NCBI RefSeq assembly: GCF_037042905.1
Contig: NC_087251.1
Location: 12,092,001-12,156,000, forward strand
Length of the DNA stretch: 64,000 bases
Source: Lytechinus pictus
Lineage: Eukaryota
Direction of reading: 5' to 3'
Positions 24,001 to 36,533 of the stretch are shown here, one piece after another. Under the pieces are notes generated by a model. That model saw nothing but the letters and a program-made list of their open reading frames with translations. It did not search any database and had not been told where the DNA came from. The translations under genes were made by a program, and so were the position numbers. The stretch's first letter is position 1. Each line of letters begins with the position of its first letter.

Positions 24001-26969
24001 AACTTTGAAAATATATGGATCTAGTTCATGAAACTTGGACATTAAGTTAATCAAGTACCACTGAATATCCTGTGCAAGTTTCAGGTCACATGACCATGGT
24101 CAATGGTCATTTAAGGTCAATGAACTTTGGCCGTGTTGGGGGTATTTGTTAAATTACCATTCTAACTCCAAAAGTTTATGGATCTAGTTCATAAATCTTG
24201 GGATATAAGAGTAATCAAGTATCACTTAACATCTCCTGTGAGTTTCAGGTCACAAAACCAAGGTCAAAGGTCAGTTAAGGTCAATAAACTTAGGCCATGT
24301 TTGGGTAATTGTTGAATTGCCATCATAACTTTGAAAGTTTATAGATAGAGTGAATGAAATGTGGACATGGGTGTAGTTGACAAGTCTTAAGTCACCGTTC
24401 AAATGTCATTTATGGTCAATGAATGTGGTATTATGTCATTATATGAATGGTGTTTTTGTCAATGATTATTTTGTAGTAGTTTTCAAAGTTAGCACTGCTG
24501 CTATATTAAATCGCGTAATGCAGGCGAGACTGCCAGAGGCGTTCCACTTGTTAATCTTTCTCTCTCTTCTCTCTTTTAATATTTTTGTTCTTCCCTTACT
24601 TTTACTTCAAATTTGCCTTAGAATTTGTTCCCAGGATCCACTTGTTTCATTGCTGTCTCAACATAAGTTTTACAAGTTTCCTGATAGGTATTAGTCCTCT
24701 TTGAGAAATGTTCTTTTTTAATCTTAATTTGTAAATTGTATTTACCCTATATTGATATGCATAATATTTCATGAATTTACATCTTAATTGGAAATTAACA
24801 CAATTATATTTTCATTTTTAAATTGCCTTTATATTCAATCTGAGTAGGTATATTGGGAAGAATTTTTTTTTCGCAGTTACATTTATCTGGACCAAAATTT
24901 GCTATATTTTTGCCAAGTGTACAAATTTTCAGTGTAACTGGTGATTCAAGTACCACTATACTTGGAGCCAGATTGGACTATGACATCTGTCAGTATACAT
25001 AAAACAGCACCTCTACTTGAATTTCCTTCCATCCTCAATATTGTATTCATTCAGGGTCCATTCCGAGAGCCTCTTGAAGTCCAGAAGCAGAGACACAAGC
25101 CCTTGCAACCAACCTTGAGGGTTTCCACCGACTACACCTCAGTAGAGGAGGCTAGAGCAGCAATGAGAGCTCAGGAATGGGTCATGAGAGTTAATGACAA
25201 CATGTAAGTCATACATCTATCTCATGAATATGAATTCTAGTTTTAATCACAGACCCATGTAACATGGTCATATTATATATATATTATGATTTGCGTGTGC
25301 CGGTATGTCAGCCAGGATGGAGAACCTCCAGACCAGAGCTAAACATCATGCTTCATTTGTATGTAAATGTTGTTTTCCACATTGTTTGTAAGAAAATGAA
25401 TAGAATGTTTATATCATAATGATATTTTTCAGAAAAAGAAAATTCAATTATCCCTGAAATTTTTTTTATAATGAAAATGATAATAATAATACATGAAACT
25501 TGTAAAGCACACTTTCCATGTTAATTAGATGCTCAAGGTGCTTCATACCATGAGAAAAAGTAAAAAACAAACAAATCAAACATTTAAAACATTATACACA
25601 CTTTAGCAATGAAAACGATGAGTCCATGTCAAGAAACGCGCTTTAACAGGTATATTTTCAGGATGCACCTGAAGATGGTCGCTGATGCCTGGATTTTCAA
25701 ACTCTGTGGAACTGTGGAAGAGAATTCCACAGGGTTAACCCGGCATGGGCGATGGCCTGTTCCCCAAAATTAGATGTTGAGGTTCATAAAGTTTTGGGGG
25801 GTTGTTAGTTATGTATCAAAGACTTTAAGTGTGGCCTAAAATCCTACATTTTACTCACCACCCTTCACCTCCAGCAATAATAAACAGTCATTTCATTAAA
25901 TAATGAATCATATAAGAAACTTTATATAAATGCCGGGGATGAGGTCTTGCTAAAAAGACAAAATAAGCATTGTGGTGGATTTGTCATCTGTTGATACATT
26001 ATCCATTAGACCTTGACATCTACAGGGCATTCTTTTATAGAGTCATTTGTGAGAGGTTTTGATGGACGAATTTGCTATTACTTTTATTAGCCAATCAGAA
26101 TCATGGATTTCAGTAGATTTCAATCACTCAAAATATTTTCATTGAAATTCACCTGCTCTATAAAATATCAGTCTCACTCACTATTTTTCGTCCTCTCTCT
26201 TTCTTACAGTTTTGTACCTTTTACAAGGAGAGATCGAGATTATGAGCCCTTGCTTCACACCACATCCAAATATGGCCACTTACCATATGGGTCACATTAC
26301 TACAGAGAATCGGATCAGTCAAAGCATATCACTGCTGAGGTAAGTGTGACAGTGTGACACATCTTGATTTCTTTAGGTGGTTTCAAGTCAACCCCAGTTT
26401 GCTCAATTTTATCTCAGTCAGCCCTGTTCAACACATAATGCCCATTGAAGAATTTTCGCTTGAGCATGGAATGTTATTCTGAGCTAAGGAACAGCATGCA
26501 CAATGTTTCCCTTGTGGAAATAGCATGCTATGGTATGTCAGGAAAAATGATCCCAAGCCCAAACTGTTAACATGTTTTATTCCCCAAGAAAAAATATCAA
26601 AAGACAACTCTGGGTTTTATTCGTGAAATGATACCCATGAAGCAGCCTAATGGCATCTATAATACAAATGATCTCAAGATTGTTCTCATCAGAAAAATTT
26701 GCTCATTCAGAAATCGCGGGATAATTAAACTAAAATGAAAAAAAAAACAGTGCAAAACTTTCTTAGCTCTGATTGGGTATCAAATGATAATATTAGTAAC
26801 CGAGCTTGATAACTATCATTCTTAAATTTTATATTTTCATTTATTAATTGATTTTCCTTATTTTCATACTTATTTTCCTTTGCAGATGTTTCAACCGGTT
26901 GTTTCTCCAATCCCTGTCTTCGATAAATTAAACGACACATACTCAAAAGGAACAGAAACTGTTCCATGA
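15004..26969 (+). CDS. SPATA17: Spermatogenesis-associated protein 17 (IQ-motif protein), complete 8-exon CDS, 356 aa. Exons: 15004-15071, 19288-19510, 21791-21894, 22494-22617, 23221-23409, 25055-25203, 26210-26339, 26886-26969
   Basis: All introns are GT-AG with consistent phases; 1071 nt from ATG to TGA. Translation MATLLRLQ...VQAWFRGQRVRAYI..LQKVWRGYLGRR..IQKIWKGYYTRKY..ARKNHYLLSTEVVPGVYNSPF..QGPFREPLEVQKQRHKPLQPTLRV..EWVMRVND..SKYG is colinear with vertebrate SPATA17 as I recall it (MATLARLQ, three IQ motifs, HYLLST.QIPGIYNSPF, QGPFR..PTLRV). Confidence 0.95.
15443..16480. mobile_element. PIF/Harbinger-like non-autonomous element
   Basis: TIR GGGCCCGTTTCTCAACACC; 3-bp TSD CAG at 15440-15442 and 16481-16483. 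Confidence 0.85.
16502..17194. mobile_element. TA-flanked foldback MITE
   Basis: Long TIRs beginning TGGCAAGTTCCCCCAAGTCTGCGCAG; TA on both sides. Confidence 0.85.
17195..17615. mobile_element. MITE with AGTAGAGGCGCTGGTC ends
   Basis: TAGAGGCGCTGGTC...GACCAGCGCCTCTACTG. The left TIR is interrupted at its TA by the 16502-17194 element. Confidence 0.75.
18522..18659. repeat. Small foldback/MITE
   Basis: GGCACAAACTGGACCCTCAAAAAAAGGAAAAGTT and its reverse complement, bounded by CCTGACATC/GATGTCAGG. Confidence 0.6.
19942..21614. mobile_element. Composite non-autonomous DNA transposon in SPATA17 intron 2 with two nested MITEs (20252-20563; 20688-21518)
   Basis: G-rich/C-rich ends with GAGTGGATA(C/G)CATGCGC inverted repeats. 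8-bp TSD ATATTTTA at 19934-19941 and 21615-21622. The second nested element has an internal ~420-bp tandem duplication. Confidence 0.8.
23541..24552 (+). mobile_element. Helentron-associated (HINE/DINE-1-like) non-autonomous element with internal ~160-190-bp tandem repeats
   Basis: Subterminal IR GTCTCGCCTGCAT (23545) / ATGCAGGCGAGAC (24518). 5' hairpin, T-rich ends, no TSD. Related copies at 59189-60490, ~50820-51130 and ~42960-43140. Confidence 0.7.
25480..25790 (-). mobile_element. 3' fragment of an L2/CR1-group LINE in SPATA17 intron 6
   Basis: Minus strand reads FGEQAIAHAGLTLWNSLP, matching the GxRAFSxAxPxLWNSLP C-terminal motif of L2. (ATT)n-like tail near 25480. Confidence 0.65.
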
Positions 26970-27412
26970 AGAGGTGCTGCTTAACTGATTCTTACGATGT
27001 CCTATATGTAAATGTCTTGCAATATTATCTCCTATATTCCTTCATTTGAAAATAATCAAATATATGATGAGTCATTTGGATTGTAAATTTCTGTACAAAA
27101 ATGTAAATGAAACTGTAATATACCTAACTGTACAAATCTGTATGATATGTTAATGTAGATATCCTATAAATGTAAATATACAGTACTTATATCTGTAAAT
27201 GATTTTATACTTCATTGATGTTTTGGAAAATGATAATGTGTTAATTCACTTTATTCCATTATAAAAAAAATTTGAAGATTAATATAGGCACTTTCTCTTC
27301 CCATGCTTTATCAGCATATGATGTAGTGAAATATCATAAGTGTAAAAAACCCATATTTTTTAATTACATATACTTGTATAATTTGTCAATTATTTATGAC
27401 AAATCTTGAAGC

Positions 27413-27418
27413 AATAAA
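27413..27418 (+). other. Candidate polyadenylation signal of SPATA17
   Basis: AATAAA ~440 nt after the stop codon; alternatives at ~28204 and ~28222. Confidence 0.35.
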
Positions 27419-28325
27419 AAATGATATAGCATCAATTTCCTGAATTTTTCCAAATTTCAAACATAAAGAGGCACCCACAGCAATCTGTGTTTCATGTTTT
27501 ACCAGCTTCTTATCCTCTGTACCAGGATTGAAGTAAAATGCATTTGAAGTGCTCTTACTGCCATGTGCATATCACTGATTTTTTTTTACATATCTCGAAA
27601 ATGCTGTATCCTCATTGGAAATTATATGGTCATTGTATGACCAGGTACTTCATCAATTTTTCATTTAAAAGTTATTCAATTAATCAGATGATCATGGAGA
27701 GTTAATGGTTCATGGTTTCTAGGACCCTATACCTCTAGTCTGCAGGCACAGACCCTGATTGAAACTAATGAACAAGAAGTAGGTATATCACATGGTACAT
27801 TACATGAATGGGTTGCTAGGATGGTTAACACAAAGATTAAACATGTTTAATTATTATTATGTTTCATCCATAATATGCAATGATGCATGTGTGTATGGAC
27901 AATATCAGGCATTTAGCATTTTTACTGCAATCAAACTGTTTTCATGAAAGGGAAACCAGCTATTAATATGATGTGCTGTTTTCTTATCTCACATGAACAT
28001 GATTAGATACATGAATGTTTACCATGAGTAAACAGGAAGCTACTTATTGAATTTCAATCACCATGCATGGTATTCTCATAATCAAACCTAGTTAAACTCC
28101 ATACTAAAAAATTAAAATGCTAGGAGGAAAAGAAGATGTTCCAAAGAACTACTGTAAATCCACTGTACAGTATATTAAGATTATAATTTTCTTATCATGT
28201 CACAATAAAAATAATTATGTGAATAAAATATTTCACTACAGGATTTCACAACAGGATTAACACAGTTGTACCTGGTGAATCATTCAGACTCCATAAAGTG
28301 TGTTAACCTAAATTTAGCTTAATCT

Positions 28326-28482
28326 GGGGAGCATTTCATCAACATTTTTCATCTGAAAAGTCAGATTCGACTACTTTCCTTGATTTTGATTGACTGAGAA
28401 GCACTGTTACTATGGCAACTGTCAAATAAAACAGGACTTGTCGGATAAAACGTCTGACAAGTACTTTCATTAAATTCTCCCC
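28326..28482. mobile_element. Short Harbinger-like MITE carrying an X-box
   Basis: GGGGAGCATTTCAT...ATTAAATTCTCCCC ends; GTTACTATGGCAAC at 28406-28419. Confidence 0.55.
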
Positions 28483-29247
28483 ATGCAGTGTTACAAGATG
28501 ATTCTAGTTCATTTAAAGATGTCTACCCTTTCTTGTATTGCAATGAGCATCACTGTGTTGTAAAGAATTTTATTATATACAAATTCAGATCACAAGCTGA
28601 TTTTCCAACCTTTTCATATATTTTTTTTGTCTTGATAATCTGCTAGAGTGGTCATTTTTTATTTAGACACAATTCCATGCATGGTACAGAAAAGTAATGA
28701 AAAAGGGAACAATTCATGTTTCACACATGTGCTACTATATTTATGTTCCTGCACATGACTGCTCACACTATTTCCTTAACAATTACTAAAACAAAATTCT
28801 TGGCTTATTTTCCGATTTTTTTTTGAATAATTATCACTGAATTGCACCACCCCCTCCCCTTGATATTTGACTACAAATGTATGCCTTTGTAAAGTACGAG
28901 TCAGTCAACAGACAAAAATTATTGTCTTTTGGCACAACACATTCATTCTAGCCCTCCACGTGATGCAAACTGGATCAAGATTCATTTTTCCCAATTCCAT
29001 TTCTGACTTGCTGATTATTATTGTATATGATTTTATGAATAAAATAATGTATGATACAGCTTATATACACATTTGTCTGCATTTTCTTGTTTTTCACGAA
29101 TGTTAAAAAAGGGTGCCTTTATTAATCTTTTCAACATTTTCATCAATGACCTGTACACTCATGTTCGGTTCATTCCATGAAATTGAAGATTAATATCAAG
29201 TGATGAAATATTACAAAATGTGGTCTTGTTGGAAAAGCCTCAGTTAA

Positions 29248-29955
29248 CCCTATCTAGACCGAGGTATTTTGGGAGATCATATAGCCGAGGGGTGGGGAGG
29301 CCCCCCCCCCCCCCCTTGAGATCTCGGCCGTTGATCGTGCAGAAAATTGGCACGCAGGTTGTCTGGGACATAATCTACAAAATTGTATATTAATTTACTG
29401 CATGGAAAGTACTTAAGTGATTATGCTAATTTATGCGTAACTAGTATGCAAAATCATACTTTTTCCGCTAACTCCCTAAATAAAGCTCCAAATTTTCAAA
29501 TTTTTGGTATAGAAACTCTTTGCAGTGTTCTTAGCAAATATACGTGAAAAAATTGATGTGATATCAGATCAATTTCTTATGTATTATATTGTTTTTTGCA
29601 ATTTTCTTATGTATTTCTTTGTTTGGACCTTTTGTTTTTCATTGTTTTTTTGATGAACTTTGTTGGGCACTCTTGAGATCATAAACAGCATAAAATAAAT
29701 TCGTTTAGATCAACAAAACTAAAAATAATCATACATTTATGATTTATGGTTGAAAACTCAATTTGCATTGACTTTGTACACAAAATCATGTTTTTGAGCA
29801 ATTTTTGTCCGGCAAGCTTGCGTAATTTTAAGAACCGCGTATACCCGGGCGTCGCAAAATTGGTCTCAAAAGATGCGCAAGACTTGAAAGTAAAAAGTCA
29901 GCAAGTGGCGTGGTTAAAAAAAATTCGCGCGGCGAATCGTAGAGGGGGGGGGGGT
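29248..29955. mobile_element. piggyBac-like MITE (right end degenerate)
   Basis: Starts TTAA-CCCT; internal homology to the intact copy at 51877-52625. Confidence 0.7.
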
Positions 29956-30454
29956 TTATTGAAACAAAAGATAACCAATTACTGCCACTAAAAGTAAAAT
30001 AAATTATTTCTACATAAAACCACGAGGGATAACAAAACAAAACATTTAAATGATTGAGAGATAAATAAGAATGAATTTAGAAGCGGCTTTATTTCACTCT
30101 TGGCATTACATCTCGACCGCGCCTGTCCCCAAAATTGAATAACCAACACTGAGTCAGCGAAGTGCTAGGTTATATGACATTCCTATATACTCACGTCCCT
30201 GATAATTATAAGCCTAGGAGATATGATTTTGGCTACGGGGCTGTTCCTATAAGCTTCTTTATTTATTTTTATTTATTTACCCAAGTCATTACGTTCACTT
30301 AATCATATCAAAGAAGGATAAGTCGAATTGTTTTCGGCCTATATGCCGCCTATTTAATATGTCAATGTCATCCGAGATGTATGGATATAAGACGAGTGTT
30401 TATTTAACGCGATGATAAGGGACCTACTTTTACTGACCCATAATTGCTCTCCAG

Positions 30455-32235
30455 CATAGGCGGATCCAGGAAGGGGGGGCGAGAGGCCCGCCCCCCCCCC
30501 CTATTGGCGGAGCAAAAAAAAAAAAAAGAAAAGAGAGGAGAAAAAAAGAAGAGGAAAGATAAGATGAGGAAGACGAGTAAAAAAACAGTTGAGTGGAAGA
30601 CTTGGAAAAAAATTCATGTCACTATATAAAATTTTCGCTCGCGCTTCGCGCTCGCATTGCCTGTTAGGTGATTTACATATCTTGCTCAATATGGAGCTTA
30701 AAATATCAAGATTTTGAAGTTATTTCAGCTCGGAAATCGAACTTTCATTATTATTTTTTATTTACAAATTGATTTTCAAAAAAGTGCTCTGTAAAAATGT
30801 CATATTAACAATTTTTGCTCGCGCTGTTTGATTGTCAGGTACCTATCATTTTCGTGATTCCATAAAGTTCTCAAAATATCCCCCGTTCAGGTATGATTGT
30901 AAAAAAGTATCAGCTAGCGCTGCACGCTTGCATTTTGATGAGTTATGTATAATTATCTCAATGTTAATTCTTTAACAAATTACTTGAAATCCCCATATCA
31001 TGAGAGTTTATCGAAAATTTCGGCTCCGATTTCCGCTGGCATTAATTGTTAAAAATATTAACTAATGTATCGTATTCATAATTTCAAAAATGCATGAAAT
31101 GTCCAGTTTTCAGGCCATAATATTAACAGATTTTGCATTCTCATTATGCTTATTAGATTGATAAATAAGATATTGATTTAATAATTAAATTGTCCCTTTG
31201 TTCAGAATGGAATACTAGTATCGACAAGTTTCATCCCGCGCTTAGGAAGAGGAATAGGAAGATAGTCATCATTTCAATATGATGACAAAATGTCCTTAGA
31301 ATGTCCAGGTCCTATAATTATGTCAAAACTCAAAGTAATAATAATGAAAAATATCAGGGGCCCATTTCATAAAGAGTTACAACTGTTGTAACTTCGCCAG
31401 TATGGCAACTACCATGGTACATTGATTGTGATTGGCTGCTGAGCCCTGTTGCCATGCATGGTAGTTGACATAATGGCAAAGTTACACTCGGAGTTACACA
31501 GTTGTGACTCTCTATGAAACGGACCCCAGCTCTTTATTAAGAGCGATCCATAAATTTATTAACCCTTTTTCAGATCGGAATATCAAATATTTTTAAACTC
31601 GCGCTTCGCTTTATTGATTTTCATGACAAAAGATGTATTTAGAATGCCTAGATTCTAGGTCTGAATCTGTAACACGTGCGCGCATGTTTATTCAGATACG
31701 CAATTGTTCTCTATTTATATCATTATCCAGTTTCGGATCACAATATCAAAAAAAAATCTGCTCGTGCTTTGTGCTCGCATTATTAAAGTAGGAAGATCCC
31801 CTATTACTAATCATTTTCATGATTTACAAAACAGGAATAGAGTGTCCCGTTTTTAGGTCTAAATCTCGAATCATCCGCTCGCGCTTCGCATCAATAATTG
31901 TTTAGTTATAAAGCTATATCCTGTTCACGATTACAAACAATTATTAAAATTTTCCATTCTTTATGTAGAAATGTGAAAATTTTTCAGCTCGCGCTTTGGG
32001 CTCGAATTATTATTGTAAGAAAGATACCCAATTACTCATCCTTTTCTTGATTTACAAAATATGAATAGAGTGTCTCGTTGTTAGGTCTAAATCTCTCAAG
32101 TTTCCGCTCGCATCAGTGTTTAAATATATAGCTATTCTTTCTAAGTTACAAAAAGTACTTAGAATTTCCATTCTTTAGATAGAAATGTCAAAATTTTTCA
32201 GCTCGCAGTATTTGATTGTTGAAATATGTAACGTC
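30455..32235. mobile_element. Inverted partial copy of the 9085-11225 element, with a nested Harbinger-like MITE (~31358-31527)
   Basis: Begins CATAGGCGGATCCAGG; colinear reverse-complement similarity to 11225-9300; GCTCGCGCTTCGCGCTCGC subrepeats. Confidence 0.8.
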
Positions 32236-32289
32236 TTCAATAACTGCGAGTCTGCAAGAATCTTCATGATTGGCAGTCAGTGTAGCCTG

Positions 32290-33720
32290 AAACCTACTCC
32301 ATGGAAACAAAACGATAGTCTTGGCAAGTATTCACTGAATTGAACACCTAAACAAGCACAGCATAACGGTTAGTCGCGTACATTTGAGTGTCCGAAAGTC
32401 GACACACATTGCAGCGCTTCAACACAGGGAACAGTTGTTTTCACCAGCGTAATATTGCAAAAAAACCTGGGTATATCTTTATAATTATTAATAATCCCAC
32501 ATGGCAATCAGTCGAAATCACCCGTATTTTTCGAGACCCTGGCACCTTTGTTTTCCCACTGAAATATTTCCAAAGTCGAGATTGACTGTCATCTCATTGC
32601 TAAATAGATTACCTACATGTTGGTGTATGTGACTGGTAATGATCTTGTTTTTTCCCCTGAACTTTTAGATCGAGCAGGCAGAACATGGCATATGGTTGTA
32701 GAACGTCACGTGATAGTTTCCGTGCATATGCCTAGACCCTTTTCATTTCAAACAATTAATACAGTTAAAACAAAATCAATTAACGCATTTAATGTTGATA
32801 GTAACAATGTTCTTGTACTGTAAATATTTACCCGGGATATTTACCTACTGATATTTATAACATATCTCAAATTCGAGAAAGCTAATATAGTAGTATCAAG
32901 TCCGGAATTGATTTTGATTTGCAATAGGGCCTGCATACGTATAAACTAGCAGTCTAGCATCGTCTGCTACGTAAACTAAATGATCGTAGATGACCAAAAC
33001 CATGGACCCTACCACTTTCATATGATATATTTTAATTGTACGTTAAGGACGTCGGTTTTACTGTCTTTTCCTACCTCATTGGGTTTAGTACGGCCCCATG
33101 CACCTCACACAAATCGGACTCTAAACACAAAGGCCCGTATTTATCTGGGTTTAAATGGTCTCATGCACTCTGTCCCCCTCTGTCCTAAAATAATGGGAAG
33201 CCAAAAGTGTCAAAATTTTTATTAAGTTGTATGTTTCTTATGTTTACTGTGCTCTTTTCTGATTCATAGCTGGTGAAGACAATAATCTATTTACACTTCC
33301 TACACAATTCTGAATGATTTGAGAGCCAAATGAGGTGAAATATTATATCTCTACTGTTATTGATGTAACAATTGGCTATCCATACTTAGAACACAACTTT
33401 AAACCCGAGTTTAAGTTAAACCCGACTTCAGAATACGGGCCGTAGTGTTTACTGTTGGGGCAAAAAAAAACATCCTTCATAAAACATTTTATTTTCTTAT
33501 ACCCTCGCAAATTTGACCCAATGAAACACGTTGCTTTCCTGGGGAAATAGATACCCTTTTTTAATTATTTAAGTGTTTTGACACACGTATTACGTTACGT
33601 TCGTAACGTGCCCTATCTGGAAAAAGACAACCTTTTTAGGTTTTTTTTTTTTTTTTTTTTTGGGGGGGGGGTTGCGCATGGTATCCACTCGTCAATGCAA
33701 ATGCCCCCCCCCCCCACCGG
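32290..33720. mobile_element. Second, left-truncated copy of the 19942-21614 element with the same nested MITE (33132-33441)
   Basis: Shared blocks GGAAACAAAACGATA.TCTTGGCAA, GGACGTCGGTTTTAC, GTAACGTGCCCTATC and CATG.TATCCACTCGTCAATG. Confidence 0.75.
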
Positions 33721-33788
33721 AAACCAATTCAAAGGTCGGTAATGCGAGAACGGGGTCATACAATAATGCTTCAACCATGCTTCTAATA

Positions 33789-33931
33789 GTGGTGCGCTAG
33801 TGCCCTTTGGTAAGGCATTTATCGATTACCAGGTCCCTCGGAGAGGACCTTAAGCCGTCGGTCCCCTGGTTGCTTGCTCACAGGCATTCGTGCTTTCTAA
33901 GCAGTCAGGTAAAAACCCTCGGTATAACATA
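33789..33931 (+). mobile_element. 5'-truncated tRNA-derived SINE (same family as 45259-45478)
   Basis: Near-identical to the 3' body of the 45259-45478 SINE. Confidence 0.85.
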
Positions 33932-34295
33932 ACTATGTACGCTTACACAATCTCCACGGGGACTGTTTTACGTGTATAATGTTGCAGACATGGTCAGCTT
34001 CGAGTCTGTGCTTGCAGACTACACAATGATCTTTTTTTTTCTTATGAAGGGTATCCACTAGCTGCAAGCAGCCCCAGCAGCCAAGCACAGAATCACATTT
34101 GACACCCTCTGTCTGTGCATGGATGGTCTGTGTCAGCCACAATATAGGCCTACCTGAATCTAGTCTCACTACTCAATTAAGACTCTGCGCCCGACTCTGC
34201 GTTATGCACAATGCTAAAACCAAGGGTCTGTGTCTGCAGACTAGATATGGCTCTCACTGCTGTGGCAGTCTGCCTGCATGTACCTAGGCCCCCCT

Positions 34296-35927
34296 TGATC
34301 CATGGTCTGAGACAGAGCATTCATTGCTCCAAGGTCCATGGTCTGTGAAAGAGCATTTATTGCTCCTAGGTCCATGGTCTGAGACAGTGCATTCATTGCT
34401 CCTAGGTCCATGGTCTGAGACAGAGCATTCATTGCTCCTAGGTCCATGGCATGAGACAGAGCATTCATTGCTCCTTGGTCCATGGTATGAGACAGAGCAT
34501 TCATTGCTCCTAGGTCCATGGTCTGAGACAGAGCATTCATTGCTCCTATAGGTCTGAGACAGAGCATTCATTGCTCCTAGGTCCATTGTATGAGACAGAG
34601 CATTCATTGCTCCTAGGTCCATGGTATGAGACAGAGCATTCATTGCTCCTAGGTCCATGGTCTGAGACAGAGCATTCATTGCTCCTAGGTCCATGGTCTG
34701 AGACAGAGCATTCATTGCTCCTAGGTCCATGGTCAGAGACAGAGCATTCATTGCTCCTAGGTCCATGGTCTGAGACAGAGCATTCATTGCTCCTAGGTCC
34801 ATGGTCTGAGACAGAGCATTCATTGCTCCTAGGTCCATGGTCTGAGACAGAGCATTCATTGCTCCTAGGTCTGAGACAGAGCATTCATTGTTCCTAGGTC
34901 CATTGTATGAGACAGAGCATTCATTGCTCCTAGGTCCATGGTATGAGACAGAGCATTCATTGCTCCTAGGTCCATGGAGTGAGACAGAGCATTCATTGCT
35001 CCTAGGTCCATGGTCTGAGACAGAGCATTCATTGCTCCTAGGTCCATGGTCAGAGACAGAGCATTCATTGCTCCTAGGTCCATGGTCTGAGACAGAGCAT
35101 TCATTGCTCCTAGGTCCATGGTCTGAGACAGAGCATTCATTGCTCCTAGGTCCATGGTCCGAGACAGAGCATTCATTGCTCCTAGGTCTGAGACAGAGCA
35201 TTCATTGCTCCTAGGTCCATTGTATGAGACAGAGCATTCATTGCTCCTAGGTCCATGGTATGAGACAGAGCATTCATTGCTCCTAGGTCCATGGAGTGAG
35301 ACAGAGCATTCATTGCTCCTAGGTCCATGGTCTGAGACAGAGCATTCATTGCTCCTAGGTCCATGGTCTGAGACAGAGCATTCATTGCGCTATTGCTCCT
35401 AGGTCCATGGTCAGAGACAGAGCATTCATTGCTCCTAGGTCCATGGTCTGAGACAGAGCATTCATTGCGCCTAGGTCCATGGTCTGAGACAGAACATTCA
35501 TTGCTCCTAGGTCCATGGTCTGAGACAGAGTATTCATTGCTCCTTGGTCTGAGACAGAGCATTCATTGCGCTATTGCTCCTAGGTCCATGGTCAGAGACA
35601 GAGCATTCATTGCTCCTAGGTCCATGGTCTGAGACACTGAGCATTCATTGCTCCTAGGTCCATGGTCTGAGACAGAGCATTCATTGCTCCTAGGTCCATG
35701 GTCTGAGACAGAACATTCATAGCTCCTAGGTCCATGGTCTGAGACAGAGCATTCATTGCTCCTTGGTCTGAGACAGAGCATTCATTGCTCCTAGGTCCAT
35801 GGTCTGAGACAGAACATTCATTGCTCCTAGGTCCATGGTCTGAGACAGAGCATTCATTGCTCCTTGGTCTGAGACAGAGCATTCATTGCTCCTATGTCCA
35901 TAGTCTGAGACAGAGCATTCATTGCTG
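34296..35927. repeat. 36-bp minisatellite, ~45 units, consensus CTGAGACAGAGCATTCATTGCTCCTAGGTCCATGGT, with a 317-bp higher-order repeat
   Basis: Direct head-to-tail repeats with no unique spacers; 29-bp deletion variants recur. Confidence 0.97.
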
Positions 35928-35957
35928 CCGTTGTTCTCCCACTGAAATACCATTTAA

Positions 35958-36533
35958 AGGTCGAGTCCACCCCAGAAGAATGTTGATTTGAAAAAAAAGA
36001 GAAAAGACAAACTAGCATAATGCTTAAAATAGCAACATCGAAAGTTATGACATTTTAAAGTTTCGCTTATTTTTCACAAAACAGTGACAATGCACAACTC
36101 CGTAACATGCAAATGAGACAGTCGATGACCTTCCTCACTATTTCTTTTTTTTTTTTTGAATTATACGATATTTCATTTTTTTTTACAGATTTGACAAGGA
36201 CCAACTTGACTGAACCATATATTATTAAACATTGCTAATTCCACATGTCCAGGGAGGATTTAATCGTTGTTTCACTGAGGACAAAATTAGAATATTTCAT
36301 AATTCATATAATAAAATACAAAAGAAATAGTGAGTGGATGACATCATCAGTCTCCTCATTTGCATACCGACCAGGATGTGCATATAACTGTTTTGTGAAA
36401 TTAAGCGAAACTTTAAAATGTCATGACTTAATTTCTAATTTTTCATCCGATTTTTAAGGAGTTTTCAGTGTTATGCTAGTTGGATTTTTCTCCTTTTGTT
36501 CAAATCAACTTTTTAATGGGGTGGACTTGTCCT
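35958..36533. mobile_element. Kolobok/T2-type MITE, family B
   Basis: TTAA-AGGTCGAGTCCACCCC ... GGGGTGGACTTGTCCT. Confidence 0.8.

Noticed and set aside
34241..35991. Many long repetitive ORFs (MNALSQTMDLGA, RSNECSVSDHGP) and a CRISPR-like appearance
   Set aside because: By-product of a 36-bp unit open in several frames on both strands. The 29-bp units shift the frame, there are no unique spacers and no cas genes, and the context is eukaryotic.
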